This document shows positions 1-11,200 of a DNA stretch of 57,196 nt, piece by piece. The stretch's first letter is position 1; each line of letters opens with the position of its first letter. The notes below the pieces were generated by a model. The model saw nothing but the letters and a program-made list of their open reading frames with translations, ran no database searches and was not told the DNA's origin. This DNA comes from Rhizaria sp. SCN 62-66 (Eukaryota). The position numbers and the translations under genes were made by a program. The stretch lies in assembly GCA_001724265.1 (NCBI GenBank), contig MEDY01000170.1, forward strand, positions 1-57,196. Reading direction: 5' to 3'.

Positions 1-219
1 GATGGACTATTTCGCTCGTAGTGAAATAGAAAAGTGCGCACCAAGGCGCGAAAATCGCGGAAAACACGTTTTTTCATAAACCTCTACATCAGGGGTACGA
101 TACGTATCACGAATGCGTACGAAACGCACCCACACCTGTTGCTAATATAACAAACTTTCGAATTCTGTGAACTCAGTGTAACAACATCGCACTCAGTCAC
201 ACTCTGAAAGCTTAATCGC

Positions 220-3200
220 TCAGAATAAGTTCTTACCGGCATTGACAGTCGCACCTGCAGAGCCCACGCTCACCTCGACCTCGGGCGTGTCTTGCCCTTG
301 CTCCCCCCACCAGTTGTCAGTCCTGATGCGGTTGTCATTGCCTCGCTCTTTCTGTTGTTGCGCGTGAGACTGTGGCTGCTGCTACTGCTGTTGCTCATGT
401 TGTTGTCCAGCCGCGCGCCTGCGCCGCTGCCGCTCGTTCTCGCGCGCCAGCTTGACAAGCCGCAGCGCCAGCGGCGCGCGCACCCGCTCGTCCACCACGG
501 CCGCGGCCACCATGAAGCCCCCGCCGCAGCCGTGATGTTGCTGTCCACCGTGCTCCTGCGCAAGATCCAGCTCCAGCTCGAGCTCGAGCTCCAGCTCAAG
601 AGCGGCCTCGGCGACTTCCGCGGCCAGCTCGCGCTCGCGCAGCTGCAGCAGCGGGGACGCAGCTAGCCCGTCGGTGCCCTGTCGCTGCTCCTGCTGATTC
701 TGCGTTGGTAACTCTGATGGCAGAGGCAGCTGCTCGACTCTCTGGGAATGCAACTGCGAATGAAACTTGTGGCACGGCAGCGACAGAGGGGCAAGCGGGC
801 GCGACAGCACATCTTGCAGGTGGTAAGACAACGCCAGCGCATGCGCCACGTGGTCCCCCGTCTCTTCACTATGAGCCCCCGCCTCAGCGCTTTGCCTCAC
901 AGTGCGCAGCAGCGGGGCGGCGGCGCGCTGTTGCGCCGCGAGCGCGAGCCCCGCGGTGACAGCGCGGAGGCGGCGCGTGAGATCCAGCAGCTCACGGTCA
1001 CTGCGGACCACTGCGCACAGCGGGTCGCTGCTGCTGTCACCACTGTCGTCACTGGCTTCGTCACCAGCATCAGGGTCATCATCGTCATCATCACTGTCGA
1101 CCTCGTCGGTGACGTCGTTGCCGAGATCGCCACCGGACTCGCCGTCAGCGACGTTGGCGGCCTTCGGAACAGCGTTCCTGACCGCGGTGTCATGCGTGTA
1201 CGTGCGTCCCACTGCGCGCGCACCCTGCACCGCGGTGTAGCGGCGCGTGCGCGCGTGGCGCTCGCCCTCGCTCTGCGGCTCGCTCTCGCCTTCAGCCAAG
1301 GACTGCGCCGCCGCGTCGCTCTGCGCTACACTGCTGTCCGCCGCGCCACTCTTACGCACGTCAGCGGAGGGGCGTGCAGGGACCGTGGGAGCGTCGTCAT
1401 CGAGCACCGCGTTGTCGGTGCCGCCGTGCGCCACCGGCCGATACGACCGCGCACCAGCGCCCTTGCCCGCGCGCCCCTGATTGGAGCCGCCGCTGCAGCT
1501 TGCGGCGTCGTGGTGAGTCACAGCGGCAAAGCGGGTGGCACGCGGGAGACACGCGAGCAGGCGCGCCGCGGTAGCGGCCGATAGAGAGGATAACACAACC
1601 GGGGCATTCGCCGCAGCGTTTGCAGTCCGCACAGAGGCATTAGCAACAACAGTATCTGTCGCAGTTGCAGGAGGTACAGTGCTGTCGCTTGAATCGTAGT
1701 CAGGAGCAACCGACTCAATCTTAGCCCCAGTCTCTTCACCTGCTGTCACAGCGTCTGTGCGTGTCTCCGCCTCAGACTCCGTGTCGCTCTCCGCAAAAGT
1801 CGCCATGGCACCCGAGGTGACTCGAGCGCCGACGCCATCAGCAGCGGATGAGACCGCATTATAGCTCAGGACAACGGGACGCGAAGCCCGGCCGTCGGTG
1901 TTGACACTGACTGCCACTTGCACAGGCACAGGCGCAGGCGCAGGGGTGTTGCTTTGATTGTTGCTGATGTTGCTGCCGGCGCCGGCGCTGCCGCCACCAA
2001 GCAGGATGAGCACCGTGGCGACGGCCGCGTACCCCCACAGCACGGGCTGCGAGTTGGACCGGCTCACCGCGTAGCGCACGTCGGCCGCCACGGCCAGCAG
2101 CAGCCATAGACACCAGCGCAGGAAGCCTGTCAGCGTGGCTGCTGCAGACCGCGCCGCCGCCGACAGCGACAGCGGCGCGCCGCCGCCAAAGCCGTCGCCC
2201 GCGCCGTCCCGATCCCCGGCGCCCAGGCCGTAGGCGTCGCCGTGGCCGTGGCCACCGCCGCTGGGGCCGGCGTGGAGGCCGCCGGGCGCGGCGTCGGCGA
2301 AGGGGCCGTGCCCGTACCCGGCGCTCTAGCTGTGGCTGCGGCCGTGGCCGTAGGTGCCGGCGTGCGCGTACGGGCCGTAGGGGTTCACTGGCGCGGGTGG
2401 CGTGACCAGGTCCAGGAACCAGGCCGCGAGCCCGCCGCCCACGCCGACGGCGGGGGAGCTGGCGACTCCACGCTCCGGCGGGCTGACGCCGTCGACGGCA
2501 CCGCCGGCGCCCGCCGCTGCGGCTGGGGCTGCTGCGGCAGCGGCGCGGCGGCGGCGCTGCGCGCGGCGCGCCTTGCGGCTTGTGATCTGCGCCACGATCC
2601 CCTCAGTCTCGCTGTCGAAGCCCTCCGCCGTAGCGCTGCTAGGCTTGCGCTGGCGCGGGCTGCCGCTGTCAGAGCCAGCGTTGCTGCTGTGAATGTTGTT
2701 ATTTCTGTCCGGGGTGGAGCCGTTGGCGTCGTTGCCGCCCCCATAGTAGAGAGGCGGGGGTAAGTGACGGCGGCGCATGGCGCGCAATAACGTCGCCTCC
2801 TCGTCCTGTTCAGCTGCAGTGGCAGAGTGACTGTGGGAGCTGGCGCGACTGCGAGCGCGGCCGCCATCGAGGTCTAAGCCATCGTCGTCGTAGTCGTCGT
2901 CGTCCTCGTCGTATTCTCTAAAATCGCTGTCATCTCCGTCGTCCTCGTCGTCCTCATCTTCGTCGTCAAGGTCGTCGAGACCATAGGCGGCCCTGCTGCT
3001 GGGTCCAGCGTTGCTGTTGCTAGGACTTCTTTGAACCGCTCCAGCACTCGCGCCCGCGCCACGCAGCCACCGGTCTTGCGCCCCGTTGTGCATGTTGCCG
3101 CCCAAGCCAAGATGCTGTTGCTGCTGCTGTTGCGCGTGTTGATGCGCCAACGCAGGCTGCACCCCTTGCGCGTGCGCAGCGTGCGTAGCGTGCGGGGAGT

Positions 3201-4689
3201 GCGTCGACTGCGGCGCGTGCTGCGCAGAAAGCGTGCCCTGCGCCTGCGCCTGTGTGTGTGCGGAGGGCGTGAGCGGGCGCGGCGGCACGGCCACGTCTGT
3301 GAACCACTCCCAGCACTCGTTCAGCGGCCCCGCCCAGCCCGCGGGCGCGACAGAGACGGCGCGCGGCATCGGCATGCGCAGCGCCAGCAGCCCCTCGAGC
3401 GCCTGCCCGCCGCGCGCGCGCAGCTCAGAGAGCTTATCACTCAGCGCCAACGACGCGGCCGCCGCCGCGGCGGACGCGGAGGCAGCGGCGGCGGCGGCGG
3501 CGGCGGACGCGGACGTCAGCGAGGGGCCGCCGACGCCGGTCGCGCTCGGGCTCGGCGTCGCAGCTGTCGCGCCGCCGTCCGTTCTCGCCGCAGCGCTGTC
3601 ACCCGCCGCCACCGCTGCTGCTGCTGCCGCTGCCGCTGCGGCGAGCGCGGCAGTGGTGGTGTGCGGCGGCGGCGAGGGCAGCATCAGCGCCAGCTGCTGC
3701 TGCGTGTAGCTCACCCACGGCGACTGGAGCGGCCGCGGGGCGGGAGCACACTGTAGCTGCAACTGTGGCCGCGTGTGGCTGCCGCAGTACAGGGGCAGCG
3801 CGGCGGCGAGCGCGCGTTGTCGCCGTTGTTCACGGTCGCTCCGGCGCTCAAGCGCGCTCTTGCGCTGACTGTTCCTGCTGTTGCTGACATTGCTGTTGAT
3901 GCTGTCAGTGTTGCGCTCAAGATCGCAGTCATTGTTGCTCAGGGTGACCGTATCAGTGATGTTTCGAGCAGTGGCCGGGGACTGCGACGCTCCCGTTGCC
4001 GTCGCCAGTACCGTCGCATGTAATGCTGCTGTTCTAGCGGCAGTCGCAGTTGCGGCAGTCGTGATCGAGCTTGCACGGCCACTGCGCGTCCCGGTCCCAG
4101 GCCCAGTCCCAGCCGCGTTCCCGCTCGCAGCCGCAGCCGCAGTTGTAGTCGCAGTCGGGGTCAGGGTTTTTACATTCGTGTTCGAAGTTGTGCTTGTGTT
4201 GGAAGGAGATTGTGTAGAGGCGCTTGACGTCGCCTGCTGCTGCTGTTGCTGTTGCTGTTGCAGCGGCGGCGGCGGTGGCGGGCCGAGCGTGGGCAGCAAC
4301 GGCCCCGAGAGGGCGAAAGCGATCTGGCTTAGCCCGCAGCTCTCATGACCACCAGCGGCGGCCCCCGCAGCAGAGTCGGGGCCGGAGACCGCCGCGCCAA
4401 AGCCGTGCGCGGCGCCGTGCGGGAGGCCCAACCCCGCGCCCGCGGCGGCAAGAACGGGGTTGTTGGAGTGCGCCGCGGAGTGCGCCGAGTGCTGCTGCAG
4501 CAGCGGCTGCAGCGGGCGCGGAGGCGAGGCGGCCGCTGCGGAGGCCTGCTGGGCCGCCGCCGAGGACACGCCGCCAAAGGGGAAGGACGGAAGGAAGCTG
4601 AGCGGGGAGGAGGCAGCAGCAGCAGCCTCGTCGCGGCGCTTTTGCGCCTGCTTCGAGTGCTTTTGCAGCTGCTTCCAATTGCGCTTCAT
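220..4689 (-). CDS. Uncharacterised ~1489-aa low-complexity protein with a probable central transmembrane hairpin; two in-frame TAG codons (2326-2328, 382-384) read as sense
   Basis: ORF-track entries 2326..5052 and 382..2091 share one frame and are separated only by TAG. Reading through gives MKRNWKQLQK...GHGRSHS[TAG]SAGYGHG...GFLRWCLWLLLAVAADVRYAVSRSNSQPVLWGYAAVATVLILLGGG...QQHEQQQ[TAG]QQPQSHAQQQ...NAGKNLF-TGA(220-222), where composition turns AT-rich. Start taken at ATG 4687-4689, at the edge of the GC-rich block. No family recognised. Confidence 0.7.
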
Positions 4690-5222
4690 GTGCCACCAAG
4701 CAGGAACAGACGCCTGCGGAAGTGGGGAGAGCAACTGAGAAGAAAAAAGAAAGGTACTACGTCGCGTGCAAAGAGTATAACAAGGCATGTCAGCAGGTAT
4801 ACGTGAGAGTGGCTTTGAGCACGAGCTTGGACAACAGAAAATGAGAAAGGAGCAGAACTGCCTGTCGCTGGCCACATGGTTTGCACCTTTGGACAGCACG
4901 TTATATAAACATTTGTAGGAAAAAATAAAATGATGTTCATAAATAAGCGCCATATCAAAGCTAGAATTCAAACGTGAACATGCACTGACGTTGTATATGT
5001 GGTGTATGAGACTGTCTTTGCTACTTTGTCTCGGAGTTGATTTCGAGCCCACGGTCGCTGACGGCGATGGGTCAAATCATCTTCGCCGCAATTGAATTCA
5101 CGCATGATCGAACCTTGCAGTTACATTTTAACATGTTTGAATAGCTTTAATGAACTGATTTCTCAAATATATTTCACTCACATTTTATCAACTTCTCTCC
5201 TTTTCCCACAGGCGCACCCCCG

Positions 5223-8200
5223 ATGAAGCGCGGTCCCTCGAAGCAAGTGGGCACCACCGCTCCGTCGGCCGATCGCCGCCCCTCTCGGCGCACCGACGCT
5301 CTCAAGCACAAGAAGGAGCGTTCTTCCGGCGCGAGCGGTCCTCTCACCGTCGCTGATCTGCTTGAAGGTACGTTTGCTCTTTATCTTCCCTGTCACCCAA
5401 CGAATTCCCGTCCCCAACGGTTCTTTCGCTCCCACCATCCTCCAACTCACTTTTCCTCCTGCTCACCCCCGCATTCTTTACTGGTCCTTTCTGCAGACGA
5501 GCTGACCCCTGTGGCGAACCGTTTCTGGGCGCCCGGCCGCACCGCGCAGGCTCCGTTCGATCCCGCTCTGATCGAGGCGCTGTACTACGGCGAGCTTATC
5601 GAGTGCAACGTCGGCGCCCCGCGCGTCGTCATGCTCGAACTCTCGTCGTACCTGGAGAACTACCTCTGGCGCCACTTCGACCCCGCCACGGCTTCGTACG
5701 CGCACGTCATGTCGATCATTGTGCTCATCAACGAGAAGTTCCGCGAGAACCTGCTGCAGATCTGGTCCTCGCTGCGCGCCGCGCGCGACGACGCCACGCT
5801 CGCCGCCTTCCTCCAGTGCGTCCTAACGCTCCGCGCGCGCTTCAGCGCCGCCGCCGCCGCCGCCGCCGCCGGCAGCAGCAGCGCCAGCAGTGAGGGCGCC
5901 GCGGCGCCGCTGCCCCCGCGCAACCCAACGCTGCGGCCGATGGAGCGTGCACAGTACCTGCTCTTCGCCACGCACGCCTTCTCCTCGCTCGAGGACCCCG
6001 TGGTGCGCGGCGCCGTGCTGGGCTCCGTCTCGCTGCCGCTGTGGCGCGCGCTCTCGGCGCCCGCGCGCGAGGAGCAGCTGGCGCTCTTCTCGGAGCTGGC
6101 GCCGCAGTGGCGCAAGCTGTCTTCGGCCAAGCACGCCACCAAGCACGTCACCGAGACCGTGTTCCTCCCCGCGCTGCTCGAGGACCTCGCCGCAGTCGCC
6201 GCGCTGCTCGGCGGCAACACGCCCGCCGCCGCCGCCGCTGCCACTGCCACAGCCGCTATGACCGACGCGACCGAGGCTGAGGCTGCGGCTGAGGCTGCGG
6301 CTGAGGCTGAGCCGTCGCCGCTGCTGCTGGGCTACACCAAGCTCCGCGCCGCCACAGCCAACGACACCGCGATCGCGAGCAGCAGCAACAGCGCGAGCGC
6401 ACAGGCCGGTGAGGAGAAGGACGGCGACGGCGCCGACGCCGAGGACTCCGAGGCCGCCGTGAGCTCCGCGGCCGCCGCGGCTGCCGTGGCTGCCGTGGCC
6501 TCATCGCGCGCGCTGGCCCGTTCCCTCGCAGTCGGCAGCGCCGGCGGCCGCGCGGGCGCCTTGGTGTCCGCCGCGGCTGCCGCCGCCACGGCGCTGCCCG
6601 TGTGGGCTCCCGCCGTCGCCACCGTCGAGCGCATCACCTTCCCCGTATCCAGCAGCAGCAGCAGTTCGAGCGCGGACGGCGCCAAGGGCGGCAAGGGCGG
6701 CAAGAGCGGCGGCGGTAAGACGCGCACGCTGGTGCTGTCCCGCGCGCACGACTTCTACGCCGCGCGCTCGCCCGTCGCGGCGGCCGCGCACGATGCTGGA
6801 GTCCTCACGCTTGCGCTGGAGCGTGGCCTGGAGCTGCTGTTGGATCTGGTCTCGCAGCTGCCCACGCGCCGCTTCGTGCGGCCGCTGCTGCTCGACGCTC
6901 ACGCCGTCGTCGTGCTCCGCCTCTGCCCCTTTGTGCGCGGGACGGGTGCCGCGCTAGCGGTCGCACTGACGCCAGGGCAGCAGCAGCAGCTCGCCGCCTC
7001 CGCTGGCGCTGGCGCTGGCGCTGGCGCTGTGTCCGCGAAGGGCGACGCTGACGCTGGGTCTGGCTCCGATGACGACGCCAGCAGTAGCAGCAGCGGCAGC
7101 GACAGTGACAGTAGCAGCAGCAGCAGCAATGACAGCGATGATAACGACAACGACGACGGAAATAAGGGCAAGAGTGCTAGCAAGTCCAAGAAGTCCGCTG
7201 CGTCCGCGACCGCGACTGCGGCTGCCAAGCCCGCGCGCGCCCGCCGCGCCGCGCGCCCGCCGGCGCACGTGTCGCCATCGGCATTCTCGCCCGCGCGCCA
7301 CCCCAGCTCGCCGCGACTGGCGCTGCGCCTACTGGCCTCGCTCGACTTTTACCTGGCCTTCCCGGTCGACGACAAGTCCGGCGCCGCGCTCTCCGACGCC
7401 GCCGCCGACGCCGACTGCCTCGCGCGCTTCCACCGGCTCCAGGCCGCGGCGTTCCGCGCCTTCCCGGCCGCGCTGGAGCCGCTCGCGCTGGCGACCGCGC
7501 GCGACGTCCTCGTCCCCGGCCGCGAGGCGGCGCTGCGCGACCTGCTCGCCGCGCTCTCGGACGGCGACCTGGCCGAGCTGGCGCGCGCCGTAGGCGTGCG
7601 GCCCGACTTCGGGCTGCTGCACCCACTCGCCGCCAGTGCGGGCGCGTTCCCCGCGCGCGCGCGCCGGGCGCTGCTGCTGGCCGCGCTCGTCGCGCACCAC
7701 GCGCCGCGCCCGCGGCCCTCCGCCGTGGCCGCCGCGCTGCCGCTGTACCCGACCGAGGCCGAGCTCTGGGACGCGCACCTGGTCCCCGAGGAAGGCTACG
7801 CGGGCGCGGCGCCGCTGGCGCTGCCGAAGCTGTCTCTGCAGTTCCTCACGCTGTTCGACTACCTGTGGCGCAACTTCCACCTGTACCGCCAGGAGAGCGC
7901 GGGACAGGTCCGCGCAGAGTTGCTGACCGTCGTCGACCGCATGCTGCCCACGCGTCTGCCCCCCGCCTCGCACGTGCAGTCCAACACCAGCATCAGCAGC
8001 AGCAGCAGTAGCAGTAATGCGGGCAGCAGCGTCAACTTCGCCGTCGCACTGCGGGCTGCCGCCGCGTACAACAACTCCGCGATGTCCGCCTCCAACACCG
8101 ATACCAACAACAACAGCGGCGGCGGCGAGAGCAACGTGTCCGCGGCCCGCGCCAACGCGCGCGCGGACGCCGCGGCGTATTCTGCAGCGCTGCCCGCGAC

Positions 8201-11200
8201 GGCGGACGCGGCGCCGACGGTCTTCACGGGCCGGTCGCCGCTGGCGCTGCCGCTGCGCGGGTTCCGCATCGCGGGCGTGCGCAAGCCCGCGCTGGGCGCC
8301 GCGGTCCCCGAGTCTGTCCGCGCCGAGGTGACCGTGGACCTGGCCGCGCTGCCGCCGCCCGTGCGCGCCGAGTGGGAGGCGCTGGGCGAGCACTCGGTCT
8401 TCTTCCTGCTCGCCGTGCGCGCGCCTGCCCCCGAGCCGGTCGACGAGGGCGGCGTCGCGGGGAACGGCGACGTCGCCGTGCTTGGTGCGCCGAGCAGCGC
8501 TGCGGGCGCTGTGGTGGCGGCTGCTTCGAGCGCCGGTGCCAGTGGCGGCAGCCGCAAGCGCGCGCATGAGTCGTCGTCGTCGAATGCAAGTGACGCGACT
8601 TCTGCTGCTTCCGCTGATAATGTCACCGACAGTAGTGAGTCTGCTGTGGCTGGTCGTAAGACCCGCCCTGCTCCGGGTAACACCAACGGCGCGGGCGCTG
8701 CCGCGTCTGACAAGAAGGGCTACGGTAACAACACCAACAACAACAAGGGCCCGCGCAAGGGCCGCAAGAGCAACTTGCCCCGCGGCGCGCCGACTTCTGC
8801 TGCCGCAGCTGCCGCGCTGGGCATCGCCTACGTGCGCGGCTGCGAGGTGGTCACGGTGCTGGACGAGGCAGGCACGCAGGTGGGTTCACGCGCCGACGAC
8901 GGCCGCCCGCGTCCCGCCGTGGGCTCGCTGCGCACGTTTGTGGTGGCTCTGGACCCCGCGCAGTACCAGGCCGACTCGGACCGCCTCGCCGCTGGGCTCC
9001 CGGCCGCGGCCGCGGGCGCTGCGACGGCCGCGGCTGCCGTGGGCGGCGCGGGCGTGCTGCACGCGCTGCCCGCCACTGTGGGACTGCCAACGGGCGACGG
9101 CAGCGCGGTCGCCGTCGCCGCCGCCGCCGCGGGGCTTGTTCCTCTGGCCGCCGGCGGCGCGGGGCCGTCCGGGGCTGCGGGCGAGGGCGAGTGCGAGGAC
9201 GTCTACACGACGTTCAACCTTCTGGTGCGGCGGCGGCCCGAGGAGGGCAACTTCCGCGCCGTGCTGGGCTCGCTGCAGGACCTGCTGCGTGAACAGCAGC
9301 AGCAGGCCGCCGCGCTTGCCGCGGGCGCCACGGCCACCACCGTCCCGCGCTGGCTCCACGACGTCTTCCTCGGCTACGGCGACCCCGGGGCGGCGAGCTA
9401 CTCCGCGCTCGCGCAGTCCAGCTCTGACTCGGAGCACAAGGAACCCTTTGCTGTGAAATTCGCCGACACATTTCTCTCGGAGGAGCACCTCAAGGACTCG
9501 TTCCTCACCCCGGTCGCATACACGCACAACGCCAGCTCTCCCGCAAGCGCGAGCGCGAGTGATGCGCAGACCGCGGAGGGCGAGGTAGGCCGGCCTGTTG
9601 CGCTGTCGTTCCCCGCCGACGTGCTGAGCGCGCGCCCCGAGCTTTCTGCGCTGGCGGCGCTGCTGCGGCGCAACCTGCGCAAGTATTCGCGCGCCTCGGC
9701 CTGGGGCGGCGTGCCCGAGGCCGAGTGGGCCGCCGCCACGGGCGAACCGCTCTGCGCCGCCAACGGTGAGGAGGACAAGGGCAAGGACGAGAGCAAGGAC
9801 GCGTCGCGCGGCGTGATCAGCGCGCGCCCGTACGCGTGGATCCAGGCGCGGGACACAGTGCCGCGCCGCAACACCGTGCGCTTCACGCCGACGCAGGTCG
9901 AGGCCATTAAGTCTGGCGTCCAGCGCGGCCTGACCCTGATTGTCGGTCCCCCCGGCACGGGCAAGACGGATACGGCGGTGCAGATCCTGTCGGAGCTGTT
10001 CCATAACCACCCGCAGCAGCGCATCCTGCTCGTGACGCACTCGAACCACGCGCTCAATGACCTCTTCGCGAAGCTCGCGCAGCGCGACGTCGACGAGCGC
10101 TACCTTCTGCGTCTCGGCCACGGCCACACGCAGCTGGGGCTCGACAAGGACTACTCCAAGTTCGGCCGCGTCAACCACATGCTGCAGCGCCGCCTCGCGC
10201 TGCTCGACACCGTCGGCCGCCTCGCGCTCGCGCTGGGCGCTGTGGCGGACCCCGCCGCGGCGGCCGCGTACACGTGCGAGACGGCCGGGCTCTTTTACGC
10301 GCACCACGTGCTGCGCCGCTGGCGGGTCTTCGCCGCTGCGCTCGCCGCCGCGGAGAAGGCTGCGGGCGGCGCCGCGCTCACCGCCGCGCTCGCGGCCGAC
10401 GCGGCCGACGACGCCGACGCCGACTCGGCCGCCGCCGCCGCCGCCGCCGCGGGCGGGGCGCTCGGCGGCTCCGCGGCCGCGACCGTGGCCGCCGGCGCCG
10501 CGAAGCTAGCCGAGGACGCCGTCGTGCGCGCCTGCGAACGCCCCGTCTCTGGCTCCGACTTGACTGCGGGGACCGTGGGCGCGCTGCTGACGGGCTCGGC
10601 GGCGCACACGCTGCTCACGACCGAGTTCCCCTTCGCCGCCTTCTTCCCCAATCTTTTCTTCAGCGCCGCGAACAGTGGTGACGAGAGTGGAGACAAGACT
10701 GCTGCTGCGGCGGCGAATAACGACAGCTACGCCGCGCACAAGCGCGCCGCGCTGTCTGCGTTCGAGTCGCTGCGGCTTACTTTCTTGCACCTGGAGGAGA
10801 CGCGTCCGTTCGAGATCCTGCGCTCGTTCCGCGACCGCGGCGACTTCCTGCTGAGTCAGCACGCGCGCGTGATCGCGCTGACATGCACGCACGCCGCGAT
10901 CCGCCGCCGCGAGTTCCTTGCGCTGGGGCTGCGCTACGACTCGATCGTGGTCGAGGAAGCGGCGCAGGTGCTCGATGTCGAGACGCTCATCCCGCTGCTG
11001 CTGCAGCGCCCCGACGCGGACCTGGGCAACCGGCTGCAGCGCGTGGTGCTGCTGGGCGACCACCACCAGCTGCCGCCTATCGTGCAGAACCAGGCCTTCC
11101 AGCGCTACTCGCGCTTCGACCAGTCGCTCTTCACACGCCTCGTGCGCCTGGGCGTGCCCGCCGTGCAGCTCAACGCGCAGGGCCGCATGCGCCCCGAACT

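Noticed and set aside
4690-5052. N-terminal 121 aa of track ORF 2326..5052
   Set aside because: GTG start and AT-rich, non-coding-like composition; better read as the divergent promoter/5' region shared with AQR.
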